64,000 nucleotides of DNA from Octopus sinensis (lineage: Eukaryota): contig NC_043001.1 in assembly GCF_006345805.1 (NCBI RefSeq), positions 27,466,001-27,530,000 of the forward strand, written 5' to 3'. Below, piece after piece: positions 50,013 through 63,152 of this stretch (position 1 is the stretch's first letter; each line of letters starts with the position of its first letter). The notes under the pieces are model-generated. The model had not been told where the DNA came from and did not search any database. It worked only from the letters and a program-made list of their open reading frames with translations. A program made the translations under genes and the position numbers.

Positions 50013-50126
50013 CTGCAAAATAAAATCAGTAGTCATATCAAAATAGATTCAAATATATTTTTCATATGATTACATTTTAGATTTCTTTTTTTTTTTATAT
50101 ATTTATCTTTTTCTTTGACTAGAATC

Positions 50127-50380
50127 TTATTTCTTTACTGACCACAAGGGGCTAAACATAGAGAGGACAAACAAGGACAGATAAAGGGATTAAGTCGATT
50201 GTATCGACCCCAGTGCATAACTGGTACTTATTTAATCAACCCTGAAAGGATGAAAGGCTAAGTCGACCTCGGCGGAATTTGAACTCAGAACGTAAAGACA
50301 GACGAAATACCACTAAGCATTTCACCCGGCATGCTAACGTTTCTGCCAGCTCACCACCATATTTCTGCCAGCTTGCCGCC
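50127..50380 (-). mobile_element. Young SINE family A copy with a 16-bp target-site duplication
   Basis: TTCTTTGACTAGAATC at 50111-50126 and 50381-50396 flanks a well-preserved minus-strand copy. Confidence 0.88.
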
Positions 50381-51212
50381 TTCTTTGACTAGAATCATTA
50401 GAGCATTGAAAAATAAATAAATAAATAAATAAATGCCTTACAGTATTCGTTTTGGCTCTTCACATTCTGAGTTCATATCTTGCTGAGGTCAACTTGGCCT
50501 TTCATCCTTTCACGGTTAAGATAAAGTACTACTCAAATACTGAGGTCAGTATTGACTAACCCATTCTCCTCAAAAGTGCTGGCCTAGTGCTGAAATCAGA
50601 CACCACGAAGGCAGATTTGCTATCATGCTAGACAAAATACTTAGTGACATTTCCTCTGGCTTTTTACAGTCTGAGATCAAACCTACCAAAGTCAACTTCA
50701 CCTTTCATCTAGTCATTGGGTAGGGTTGGTAATATAAAGTACCAATTAATACTGATATCACTGTAATCAATAAACCCCTTCCTTGTTAAAATTACTGTCC
50801 TTGTGCCAAAACTGGAAAGCATAAACACTATTATATTTATTAGTTTTCTTTTACTAGTAGCAGTGTTGTTTTGTTTATCCATGCATATATTAATTTTGCA
50901 AGCTTTAGCAATTGTAATAAGTAGAATTCCTAATACTTGGTGCTGAATTGTGAATTAAGAATGGAACTTGTTGATGATTAAGTATACTAAACCAAGCATC
51001 TGGTGAAAGAGTATAACATAACAGTCATGTTGACATTTGCACAGATGATCATGAGGATATGCTGAGCTTTGGGCCAAAAGGATATAATGATCACACTGAA
51101 ACTTCATTTCCTTCAGAGATGGTTCTGATTTTTCTTATCAAACATTTCTTTTTTGTGAGGTATTACATTCTCCACTGTTTATACTAACACACTCACTGAA
51201 GTTTCCACAAAC

Positions 51213-51261
<49 letters not shown>

Positions 51262-51347
51262 TACATTTGTTGTTTACTAAACTTAATTGAGTTGGACACA
51301 CACATGCACACACACACACACACCACACACACACACATATATATATA

Positions 51348-51392
<45 letters not shown>

Positions 51393-51402
51393 TGATACAT
51401 AT

Positions 51403-51469
<67 letters not shown>
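51213..51469. repeat. (TA)n/(CA)n microsatellite cluster
   Basis: Directly visible. Confidence 0.93.
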
Positions 51470-51472
<3 letters not shown>

Positions 51473-51565
51473 TAATCCAAAAAAGAAAACACAAAAAAAC
51501 ACAACATGAGGACGTGGAACAAATATAGTATTATTGGACGCTCAGGAAAGAAGGGAAGAAGGATA

Positions 51566-52398
51566 TTACATGGAAAAATGCAAGGAAGAGAAATAATATT
51601 CTTAAGATTATAAACTTGGAAAAGTTCAGGACAAGTTATTACAACTGGTAAAGTACAGAACAAGAAAATTTTTACCTAAAATATTGCAGCTAAGAATAAA
51701 ATTTCAAATTAAATATTTAGATTTAGAAAATATGAGCCTTCATTAAAACTAAAAATTTTATTACAAGTTATTACTTCTATTTGTTATTAATTGTTACTTC
51801 TATTAAAAATAAAAAATAACTCAAAATATTTTTTGCCCTTTAAAAAATTCATTTTTTAAAATTATTAATTAATAATTAGAAATTTGAAAATTGGGTATAA
51901 AAAATAATAGTAGTGCATAATTAGTCATACAATAAATAGAATAATACAAAAATTATATATTACAGTAAAATCTACCTATAACAACAAATTCATAGTAAAA
52001 TTTGCTTGAGTTATTGCCGAGTCTTCACATTTTTAGTCTTGACCCAATACCTATTTTTTACATAATGAATTTGCCTACCATATATACTATTCCACTTTGC
52101 ATAAAACTTTAGCTATATTGGTACTTCTGGCTCTCATTTTTTAAGTATTCTAGTGTGTCAATATTTTAACAAAATGATGGTAATTATAATGTTACTTAGT
52201 AAATTAAAATCAAAGGATCTTTAATATTCAAATTTTATCCTTAGATGCAATGTTTTAAGTAAAAAATGTTCTTGTTCCGTACTTTACCAGATGTGATAAG
52301 TTGTTCTGAACTTTTCCAAGTGTAATAACTTGTCCTGTAATTTTCCAGGTTTATAATCTTAAGAATATTATTTCTCTTTCTCACATTTTTCCAAGTAA
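51566..52398. mobile_element. Fold-back-like element with 150-175-bp inverted arms and about 510-bp AT-rich spacer
   Basis: 51566-51710 is inverted relative to 52226-52398. The right arm has one extra about 27-bp subrepeat (GGAAAA...AGGACAAGTTATTACA unit). Confidence 0.7.
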
Positions 52399-53468
52399 TC
52401 CATGTTTTTTTCCAGGCTATGCTATTATGCTAATTAACAATGTGTCAAATGTGTTAATTAGTGGTGTCATTGATAATATTTTCCTTACCTCAATGACGCC
52501 AGTAACATCTATTAAAAGTCCCTTTATAGAACTATATTCATAAAAAAGTATAGAGCTACATTATCACCCTCAAATTTGAGAAACAATCAAACATAACTTT
52601 TTTCTTTTAAAACTTCATTGCATGAGATTGATACCATTAAATTCCTCGAATTGAGCTCCATAATTTAAGTTTAATTAAAATATAGTTTGTTTTTAAGATA
52701 AAAAAAAGTTAATTATACTTAAATTCAATTTTTTTGCCTTACTTATATTTTTTTTCATGATATTTTACCTCACAACTTTTTTTATACAAATTTTTGTTGC
52801 ATGGGAACAAAACTATGATATTCTACAAGCTTTCTTCTATCACTGAAGCTAAGATGAATATATTTTGCTTTTAAAATAAAAGAGTCATTTAGATCTAAAT
52901 TTGATTGGGGGCATTACTTACTCTCCTATAATGTTGCTACAAATTTTGATGTAAACTTTTTTCTGCTGGATCAAATCTCAATTTTTTATGCTAGAATGTA
53001 GCTAGGAACCAGCCCTCTTCAAAAATGTTAATAGTTTTCAATTTGGTTAAGAACTGAATTAGCAAAAGCTCTGAAGATGCTCTGTGTGTGACCTTAAGAA
53101 TATTATTCAATTATATATAATACATATATATATAATATTATATATTTAATATACATATTATCCATATAATGTGCACACACTCACAAAATTATATCTCCTC
53201 TTACCTATTTGTAACTTCCTTATATTATCAGCTTATGAAATTTCTTCATCCAGTTCTGTTTTTCCATTTTGTATCAAATTTTGATGCCTTCAAATCTTAG
53301 TTATTTCTTAACTCCTTTGTAGTCAGTATAATATCATTACATTACACATTCATCGAATCGTTTTCATTTCAATTTTGATCTTACTGTTCACATGTCATCA
53401 ACAGTGTTTTTTAGAGATACAACTGTTTGCATTATAAGTAAAGTCATGACTCCAAAAATTAAACTTAC

Positions 53469-53565
53469 CTATACCATGCCGACGGAACTCATCAACCACA
53501 CCTAAGCTAAGAATATATGCCACTTGACAGCTTGTAGGGTAGTGTGTAGCTAAAATATCAGCATC
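53469..53565 (-). CDS. NAA60: N-alpha-acetyltransferase 60, internal coding exon (97 bp, phase 0 to 1)
   Basis: Minus strand: ttcttgaag|GATGCT...GGTATAG|gtaagt. Translates DADILATHYPTSCQVAYILSLGVVDEFRRHGI, matching NAA60 (VAYILSLGV with the catalytic Tyr; RxxGxA acetyl-CoA motif completed by the next exon). Confidence 0.96.
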
Positions 53566-53774
53566 CTTCAAGAACAAATAATAAACATTTTTTAAGTGCA
53601 ATGAAAAAATTTTAACATTAATGAAACTTTATTTTTCCTGAAACATGAAAAAGTTCATCAAACAAAGGAGATTTTTTCATACTTTCTGGAGTTGTTTTTG
53701 AAATTTATAAGAAAAAATCAGAGGTGGAAGGTATTTTGGATAGATATATTAGTATGAAAACAGATGTCCTTGTT

Positions 53775-54220
53775 ATCATCATCATCATTTAACGTCTACT
53801 TTCCATGCTGACATGAGTTGGATGGTTTGACTGAAAATTAGTGATCTGGGGAACTGCAACAAGTTTCAATCTGATCTGAAAAGGTTTCTACAGTTGGATG
53901 CCCTTCCTTAGGCCTACCACTCCAAGAGTGTAGTGGGTGCTTTTTACCTTACACCAGCTCAGGTGCCAGTTATGCTAAAGGTCTAGGTCACTTGTCACCA
54001 TCTCTGTGAGGTCCAATGTTTGAAGGGTGCTTTTTACATGCCACTGGCACGGGTGCTAGTTACATGACACTGACATCGGTCACATCTATGATTTCACTTG
54101 GCTTGATGGGTCTTCTCAAGCACAGCCTATCACTCAGTGTTCGAAGTGTGCTTTTTACATGCTACCAGCATGGGTGCCAGTTACACGACAATGGCATCAG
54201 CCATGACTACGATTTCGATG
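53775..54220 (-). mobile_element. Diverged RTE 3' UTR fragment
   Basis: (CAT)n tail and CTACAGTTGGATGCCCTTCC...GTGTAGTGGGTGC motif with modules. Confidence 0.65.
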
Positions 54221-54224
54221 AAAA

Positions 54225-55510
54225 GTATGTATGTGATAATAATGGTAAACTTGCTGGCATGGACACTGAGAAAACAGAGACATGGACATGTTACTATGAG
54301 AGGTTACTAAATGAGAAGTATGCATGGGAGGGAGTGAGAGACAACTTCAAACAGACCCAGTGGAGGAACCAGGTATTGATGTTGACAGTTATATTACCAA
54401 AAGGGCCATTAAGGATATGAGGTGAAGGAAAACATCTGCACCACTGGTGATAGTTGTTGGGATACTGAAAATATTAGGTGAAGTAGGACATGTTAGTTAC
54501 TCATATAATTGATCAGGCAGAACAGGAAAATGTCATCTCTAAAATTTGGCATAGCATTATCATCAGTGATTATAAGAACAAAGGAGTTGCTTTGGAAAGG
54601 TGCAAGTACAGAGGCAACTAATTAATGGATGAATTTATGAAAGTAATAGAGTTATTGTACAGCTAATTAACCTAGATGAAATGTAGCTTGATTTTGTTTC
54701 AGGAAGAGGAATCACCAATAACCTCTTCCTAGTGATGCAACAGCAAGAGTTCTTAGTCACGAGCAAGCCATTAGTACCTAGCATTCACTGACCAGGAGAA
54801 GGTGCAATACAGGATACTATATCTTGCAGTGGGGGTGTTTACCAAGAAAACTGGGTGTAAATTAATGGCTTATGAGAGCTATTTAAGTCATGTACAGGGG
54901 TGTTGCCATCAATGTGTGAACTAGTAATGAGCTCAGTAAGGAATTAAGAATGCAGGTAGGCCATGGCTTTGTTCATAGCACCCACCTGTTTGTTATAATC
55001 GTCCAAGTCATAACAGAGGAGTTCAAGTCTAACTATCCATAGAAACTCTCACATGCCAGTAACCTAGTACTAATAGGTGAATCAGTAAAAAATAAGAAGA
55101 AAAATTCCAAACACAGAAGCAAGCCTTAGAATCAAGAGGTCTAAAAACCGACCTAACACAGGCAAAATGTCTAAACAAGAACAAATACAGAACTCAATTG
55201 CCATCTCAGAAGTGGGTCAGCTCAATATTTAGAGAAGGTTTTGGTATGAAATTTAGACAGGCTGGCAGAGAAGAAAGCTTTCACATGCAGCAAATTCTCA
55301 ATAGAGGGATTAGTAATGAGAGCACTAATCAAATATTTTCTTTCAAATGCTTGCTAGACTCTCTAGAAATAGTTGATAGCTTTCACTATCTAGATGACCT
55401 ATATACCAGTAGAGGAGGGTGTTCCAAAAGCATCATAACCATAATGGAGAGAAAAAGATCAAAGAGCAATTTCAACTGTCGGTGACAAAGGGATTCTCTC
55501 TCTCGCTCTC

Positions 55511-55566
<56 letters not shown>

Positions 55567-55920
55567 AAGAGAAGATTTTATGATACCTATTTATGAAGTG
55601 AGATGCTGCATAGTGAAACATAGACACTTTCTATGGTGATAATATTCTTATGAATGTGTTAAGTTAGCTTGCATGAACAATGGAGCACAGGAGCCGAGAG
55701 AAAAAAGAATCAGATGTGATGTACAACAGAAAAAGATGTACTGGTTTGGACATGCTGCATGTATGGTAAATGACAACTGGATAATGAAGTTCCAACCAAT
55801 CTAAGTGGAAGGGGCCCTGTATAAGAGGCAGACCAAGGAAGACATTGGAGGAAGTGATGAAATCTGATCTAAAGAGTAATGAACCTTACAAAGGAGATGG
55901 TAAGGGACCACAACAAGTGG
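54225..55920 (+). mobile_element. Heavily degenerate RTE-clade LINE (RT region to C-terminus)
   Basis: W..YYERLLNE, YKNKG..LE...YRG, and F..GRG...NLF.V...QE motifs, with an RWFGH-like C-terminal region and many stops. Confidence 0.7.
55495..55562. repeat. (CT)n microsatellite
   Basis: Directly visible. Confidence 0.95.
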
Positions 55921-56940
55921 TAGGACACTGTGATGAAGAAGATTTTGTTCAACTTATGCAAGCACAGACAAACAGACATAAAATGGTGATGATTTGGCTT
56001 CATATTACATTCTTTTCTCTGAACTGAGTTTTGAAGTTTAAGTTTGATGCCAACTGTACTCCAATTACACATTCATAATAGTGTTATTTGAATGTGTTTT
56101 ATAGTTAATCTATAACTAGGACTATTGTACATTAAGACTTCCTTCAGTATTCCCCTTTGATGTATTTCATCTATAGGGCTTCATGGTTGTTTCCACATCT
56201 CAAACAGCATTTGCATTCTGCTTAGAGAAATTTTATATTCCAGTTTTTCTGTATTCTTATAACCTGTACCCTCTATACATTTGTATCATATGCTTGTACT
56301 TTTTAAAACATATTCAGTATTACTATTACATTTTTCTTAAGTAAGAAAGTAAGAAGTGTTTTTTCTTTGCCAGTATATATTTAATGTCAAATAGTAACAG
56401 AGAAAATAACCTGAAACAATGAATTATTTTATATTGTCAAAGTAAACCTGAGCAATCTAATTTTACAGACATTCATAATAACACAGATCTCAAATGTGAG
56501 CACTTCCTGTCTGTTACACGAACATATTCAATCTATATATTTGTTCAGACAAGTTTGAAAGGTTGTGTCTCTTCATAATCCTAATCATCATCATTTCATA
56601 CATCTGCTTTCAATGCTGGAAGTAGTTGGATGATTGTGTTTATGCCTAGAAATATATTTAAGAATGTATTTGCATGAACAAATTAGTCAGCAAAATATTC
56701 AATTGAATTAGAATAAGGGCATAACATTAATGTTAGTTTTGTTTCTTGGTCATGAAAACATGAGAATAAAATAAAAGTGCATGAAGCGAGGTTGATGTTG
56801 TTTAGTAACCAATTTTATAGAAAAATTTTTGCTTTCTTTTGCCCAAAATCATAGATTGTTGACGAAGATACAAATCTGCATATAATATATATTTGTATGT
56901 AACTAGTTATATATGTATGTATATATATATATATATTATA

Positions 56941-57004
<64 letters not shown>

Positions 57005-57651
57005 TGAAGTTTGTAGTTATGCAGAAAGAATTGCAAGAAAATTCAATAAAACATTTTAATGTTCACTGTAAGTCTCACAAAATAAGATTTTTATTTTTGA
57101 ATCATAAATGGATATTTGAGAAGATAAAAGCATCTGAAATTAAAAGCAATAAATTTAAGTGGACTAAGAGAAAGACAACAGTTGTGAATGCCATTGATTT
57201 CTTTCTTATTTTAACATGATTTTAGTGTCAGACAAAATGCCTCATGGCATTAAATTATAGTACTTTACATTCTGAGTTCAAATCCAGCCAAAGTCAACTT
57301 CACATTTCATTCTTCTAGAGTCAATAAAATAAAATACCAGTCAAGAAGCAGAATCATTAAAACTGACTGTTCTCTCCACTCAAATTCCTGGCCTTGTGCC
57401 TATATAAGAAGTTATCAAAACAGTGACTTGGTAGAATAGTTAGAACAATGAATAAAAGGCCATGTGGCATTTCCTCTGGTTCATTACTTTATGAGTTCAA
57501 ATTCTGTCATGATAAACATAACATTTCATCCTTCCAGAGTTAATAAAATTAGATACTGCAGTCAATAGAATTGACTTACACTTTTCAAAACTGTAGGCCT
57601 TGTGCCTAAATAACAACAACAACAACAATAATAATAATAATAATAATAGTA

Positions 57652-57910
57652 CGAGGGACGTTCAATAAGTAATGCCCCTGACCCACTTGCAGTTGTTTGA
57701 TCTAGCTGAAATTTTGCATGTGCAATTATTTATATCTCTATAGATTAAGTGTCAAATTACAGCTCTGAACTAATTGTGGTTTCTGATTTACAGGTGTTTG
57801 AACTGAGTCAAGTGTGAAATGGAGCCTATTGAGTGTCGAGCAGTGATCCGGTTTTTGTATTTGAAAGGACGCACACCAAGGGAGACTTTTGATGAAATGA
57901 AAGTAACTTA
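57652..57910 (+). mobile_element. mariner element, 5' end with start of transposase
   Basis: TA|CGAGGG... terminus. ATG at 57819 gives MEPIECRAVIRFLYLKGRTPRETFDEMKVTY, a mariner N-terminal HTH pattern, truncated after about 31 codons. Confidence 0.8.
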
Positions 57911-57964
57911 TCTTTCATATTATTATAATGACAATAATAATATGAAATATAAGAACAAGGTTAA

Positions 57965-59716
57965 AATAGCTAGCATTAGTGTGGAAACTGTTAACAGGAG
58001 TGCTTTCTGAAAGCATTTATGTGCACTTTGACAACCAGAAGAACAGAAAGGTTGCAGAAAGAAAGCTAGAGGAATGCATGATATATTATATGTAGAGACA
58101 AAGCAGTTCTAAATGAAGTAAAAGCTAGAAAGAAAAATCTAACAATAGCATGGATAGATTATAGGAAAGCCTATGACATGATCCCATCACTCATGGATAA
58201 GTGAATGTTTGAGTATATTCAGTGTAGCAGACAGGATGAGAGAATTAATTAGTTGTATCATGAAGAAATGGAAAGTAGATTTCTGCTTAGGTGACACATT
58301 CTTAGGGAAAGTTAATATCAAAAGAGGAATTTTCCAGGGGGACTTGTTATCTCCTTTAATATTTTTCTTATGTTTGATCCCCCTCAGTTTAGTATTAAGG
58401 AAGGCAAAGGCAGGGTATCAGTTCAGAAATAGTATCAGAATAATTAATCATTTTCTCTACATAGATGATTTGAAAATTTTTAGTAAGAATGGAAAAGAGA
58501 TAGATTCCTTAATATTGACTGTAAGACTCTTCCACAGAGATATAGGCATGGAATTTGGTATAGATAAGAGTGCAATATTAGCCATGAGAAGAGGATAGGT
58601 GGTCAACAGTGAAAGCATCCAATTACCAGATGGCCAGACATTAAAATCATTGAAAGAAGGAAAGAGTTATAAGTATCTAGGAGTATTAGAATCTGACAGA
58701 GTACTAACTACAGAAATGAAAACGAAAATTGAGGAGTACATCAGAAGGGTAAGGAAGCTAATGAAGTCAAAAGTAAAGGGTCCAAATCTAGTGAAGTCTG
58801 TAAATACTTGGACAGTATCATTACTTAGATACTCAGCAGCTTTTGTAGATTGGACAAAAACCGAATTAGCAAAGCTAGACAGAAGAACTAGGAAGGAATT
58901 CAATATGAATGGAGGACTCCACCCAAGGGCAGGAGTAGCAAGATTATACCTACTTAGAAAGGAAGGTGAAAGAGAGTTGATATCAGTAGAAGACCGCGTG
59001 GAGTTACCTAGAGTAGATATAGACTCCTATGCAGGTAATAGTGAAGAAAGTTTATTAAAAGCTGCTAGAGTCACTGCAAGACATAGGGAAACCAAAAGCC
59101 CAAACGAAGTTAAAAACCAGAAAAAAGAACAGAAATTATTTGACTGGCAGGAGAATGCATTGCATGATAGATTCCCAAAGATATTTGCAGCAAATAGTAG
59201 TAGTGATACATGGTTATGGTAGCAGAAAGGAAAGCTGAAGAGGGAGACAGAAAGTTTGTTAGTAGCTGCACAAGATCAAGCATTAAGGATTAATTGGATA
59301 AAAGCCAAGATAGATAAAAACCCAGTAGATTCCCTGTGTAGATTATGCAAATCAAAAGAGGAAAGTGTTACTTCATAAAGTAAGGGAATGTAGCATACTG
59401 GCACAGAAAGAATACAAGAAAGGACATGACAATCTAGGAGAGCAATCCACTGGGAATAATGTAGAAAGCTAGGATTTGAACATACTGATAAATGGTATGA
59501 ACATGAAGCTAGTAAAGTACTAGAAAGTAAGAAATACAAAATGTTATGGGATTTTAACATTCAGACTGACAGAGTAATAGAAGCTAGAAGGCTTGATTTG
59601 GTAGTAGTAGATAAAGAAAGTAGAAAGTGCCAGATAATTGACTTTATAGTCCCAAATGATAAAAAAAAATCAATATGAGAGGTATAGAAAAAATAGAAAA
59701 GAACCAGAACCTAGCT
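57965..59716 (+). mobile_element. Degenerate REL-endonuclease LINE (R4/Dong-like): RT, CCHC knuckle and start of endonuclease; 3' end missing
   Basis: WIDYRKAYDM, RGIFQGDLLSP, FLYIDDLKIF, YKYLGVLE, CRLCKSKEES and IEARRLDLVVVDK...IIDF motifs across several frames with stops. Confidence 0.9.
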
Positions 59717-60600
59717 TCAGTAGTCAGATGGTATTTATGGTGAAGCCCCACAAGATCCTGTAATTCTTATTCTCTATCAAAGCCTCTAGTTCATACTCAT
59801 ACCACTTCCTGTTATTTTGAGGCCACACACTTGGCTAACATCTCAATTCACTCTTTTGCCTATACAGACATGCCTGCACATATTCTTTTCATTCTAGCTT
59901 ACTGTATTTACCCAAGAGATGATTAATACTTTCCTCTCCTTTCCTACATATTCTACATTTGCTCTCCGACTGAGTTTTGTTGAGCTTTGCCTTCATCAGA
60001 ATCATCCTAATGGCTTGTCCCTGAGCAGCTATAATCAACACTTTGGTCTCTTATTTCAGATTTCTAGCCATCAGCTACAACCAGCTTTCTTTACTTCACA
60101 CATCCTCAGTTTGTTGTATGAACTGACCAATTCCATTACTTTCCATCTGCTTGCTCTGTTCTTTCTCCTATCCTTGAGTTCCCCTGCAGTTTCAGTAATT
60201 TGGGGGGGGGCATCTCTAGTTACCAATAGTATTCTTTCTTCACTCTGCACAGCACAATTTTTCAACCCCAATATCAAAGTACTAACAGTGTATTCTGCAT
60301 TTAGTAATCTCTTGCCTCATTTAGTAAGTAGAGTTTGTCGGTATTACTTTTAGAGTTGTGTGCATCATGCATTGTGAGTAGCTTCCAAGTTCTTCTAGAT
60401 AAGCTCTGTTGCTCAACTTTGTCCACTTTTTAAAGGCAGAGTATCTTAATACTGGCGTAGCCCATGTATTTATGGCTTTCATGTTATTCCCTCCATTTAA
60501 TTTGAGCACATTTCTAATTCTTCTTTGGAACTCTTTGGAGATCTTCCCGCTCATTTCTCCTATCATCTTGCAGTACCCATAGGCATCTGTAACCTTCAGG
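59710..60600 (-). mobile_element. Second degenerate REL-endonuclease LINE, 3' part, opposite orientation
   Basis: KEFQRRIRNVLKLNGGNNMKAINTWATPVLRYS; AAQGQAIR...SKCRICRKGEESINHLL; ENKNYRILWGF. It ends at the EAR motif. Confidence 0.8.
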
Positions 60601-60604
60601 CTCG

Positions 60605-61530
60605 AAAGAAATGAAGCTAGCATGATCCGCTGGAAGTGTAATATCAGTCTGCATGCACGACAGAGTGTAAGCGCCCTGAGAGAAATGTTGGACATAAGAA
60701 GCATTGGATGTGGCATGCAAGAGAGATGTTTGCCTTGGTATGGTCCTGTACTACAGATGGATGAGGAGAGCTGTGTGAAGAAGTGCCACTCCCAAACAGC
60801 GAAAGGAATCTGGGGTAGAGGGAAACCCAGGAAGATGTTGGATGAGGTGGTAAAGTATGACCTTTGAATGTTGGTTCCACACAGAGGAAATGACGAAAGA
60901 CAGAGACCGCTGGAGATATGCTGTGATTGAGAAGACCTGGAAAATAAACTGAGATCACAGCTGTAACCTACACCAGTGTCGCATAACCAGCCAACTCAAA
61001 AGTACCCTTGGATTGTAGGGCAACATTCCATGCGCGAGGAGACCTATTGAGTCAAGTACATCAACATCAAATGAAATCAAATCACAATCAAATGGAAATT
61101 GTATATATGGTCCCCATGCCAGTGGCACATAAAAAGCATCATCCAAATGTGGTCGATGCCAGTCCCCTTGCCCTGACTGGCTACTGTGCTGGTGGCACAC
61201 AAAAAGCACCATCTGAATGTGGCCAATACCAGCACTGCATTGACTGGCAGCTCCTGTGCTGGCAGCTCCCATGCTGGCGGCACCCATGCTGGTGGCATGT
61301 AAAAAGCATCATCCGATCGTGATTGAGGCCAGCACCCTCTGGCCCCTGTGCCGGTGGCACGTAAAAAGCACCCACTACACTCTCAGAGTGGTTGGCATTA
61401 GAAAGGGCATCCAGCTGTAGAAACATTGCATGATCAGACTGGAGTCTGGTGCAGCCTCCTAGCTTTCCAGACCCCAGTCGAACTGTCCAACTCATGCCAG
61501 CATAGAACACAGACGTTAAACGATGATGAT
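60605..61530 (+). mobile_element. RTE LINE 3' end: ORF C-terminus, 3' UTR with about 65-bp module array and (GAT)n tail; nested in the REL LINE
   Basis: MIRW.CN.SL..RQSV..LRE.L..R.I...MQER.L.WYG.V..MDE..CVKK...GRG.PRK..DEVV, followed contiguously by the modular UTR and ...GTTAAACGATGATGAT. Confidence 0.85.
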
Positions 61531-61705
61531 TCCACCGAGATTGACTTTGCCTGTCATCCTTTTGGGGTCAATAAATTAAGTACCAATGAAACACTGGGAG
61601 TCAATGTAATCGATTAATCCCTTCCCCCCAAATTCTGGCCATGTGCCTATAATAGAAAGGATTATTATTATTATTATTATTATCATCATTATTATTATTA
61701 TTATT

Positions 61706-62055
61706 ATCTACTCTAAACAGCATTCCTATATCCTTGCTGCATACCTTTACTTTTTGGATTAGAGAATCCATGTTTTTTCACTTTTTGCATATAGCTTGAG
61801 GTTATCCATATAAAGCAGGTGATTTATTTTCACCTTGATTTTAGTAAACTTGCAGGCAGATCAGGAGTCTTTCAGTACACTTGTCAGAGGGATTAACGCA
61901 ATAAGAGTAATGAAGAGAGCATGTCTCTCAGGAACATCCTCTGGAATAATTTCACATTTCCAAACAATCCTATTTGCACATGTTAGTTCTACTACCCACA
62001 CTCTCATTGCTTTTTCTCATAGACTCATAATTATTATTTGGGTAGTGAGTCAATA
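61706..62055 (-). mobile_element. Upstream RT portion of the same minus-strand REL LINE, separated by nested insertions
   Basis: LIPLTSVL...KINHLLYMDNLKLYAKSEK...SLIQKVKVCSKDIGMLF, the RT YxDD region that precedes the 59710-60600 segment. Confidence 0.75.
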
Positions 62056-62712
62056 GAATCCTTAAAGCAGCAGAAAAAATGCTTTGTGTACCAGAGTTAA
62101 TTTTGCCTTTCATCCTTCAAGGGTTGATGAAATAAAGTACCAGTCTAGTACAGGGATTGATGATATCAACCAGGTGGTTGGGAAACAAACTTTTAAACCA
62201 CTTAGCTATGTCTGCAACCTGGATGTATATGTTCACACACACATGCACACACACACACATATAGACATGCACCCACACACATATATACACATGCGCGCAT
62301 GCACACACACACATGCACACACACACACATAGAGTAAATACTGAATAGTAAAGACAATTTAAAATATATTATTAAAGTTGTTGAAATAGAAACACATCTA
62401 GAATACGTTTCTCCATGATACTCTCAGGAGCAAGATAAACCACAAATAAAAAAAGAATGCAAAGGTAACTACCACAGAAATAACGAAAATTTCACAAAGA
62501 AGAAGTTATATAAAATAAGAACACTTGGAATAAAGTCAGACATTTTATTCTTAAGTAGAAGACACATAAGCTAATGTTCAGTTTTTGATATTTCAAAAAG
62601 GTCAAAGCAGTGGTATGTTCCAATTTTGTTTGGTGTATGTATTTGTATTTTGGTTACTTTTCTTCACATGAAGGACAAAGCAATTATCAACAATTTCATT
62701 CTATAACAACTG

Positions 62713-62750
<38 letters not shown>

Positions 62751-62947
62751 ATATAATTGCCAACTTTCATCTATTAATGGCTGTCTCTAACTTAAATTTG
62801 TCTTATTATATAAATAAAATTATGTAATTGATGCTTTTTTACAACAGTCTATTTAAATATCTCCTGTTTCAAGCCCAATTTCTAACATTCGAAAAAGAGC
62901 GTGCAAGACTCAGTTTGTGTCACAATGTTCCAACTCAAGTAATTTAA

Positions 62948-63152
62948 CCCTTTAGCATTCAAACTTGCTATATCCAGCCAAAATATTTAACCTGACCAGA
63001 TCTTGCCTCTCACCTCAGCCCTGCCATGTCATTCAAAAACTAAAAAAATCACATCATTGAAATCTCTAAACTACAAGATAATGCATGATTAATTCAAAGC
63101 AATATAAATAAACAAATATCACATTTGACAGAATAATCTGAACACTAAAGGG
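62948..63152. mobile_element. piggyBac-type MITE (205 bp)
   Basis: TTAA at 62944-62947 and 63153-63156; imperfect TIRs CCCTTTAGCATTCA / CCCTTTAGTGTTCA. Confidence 0.85.
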
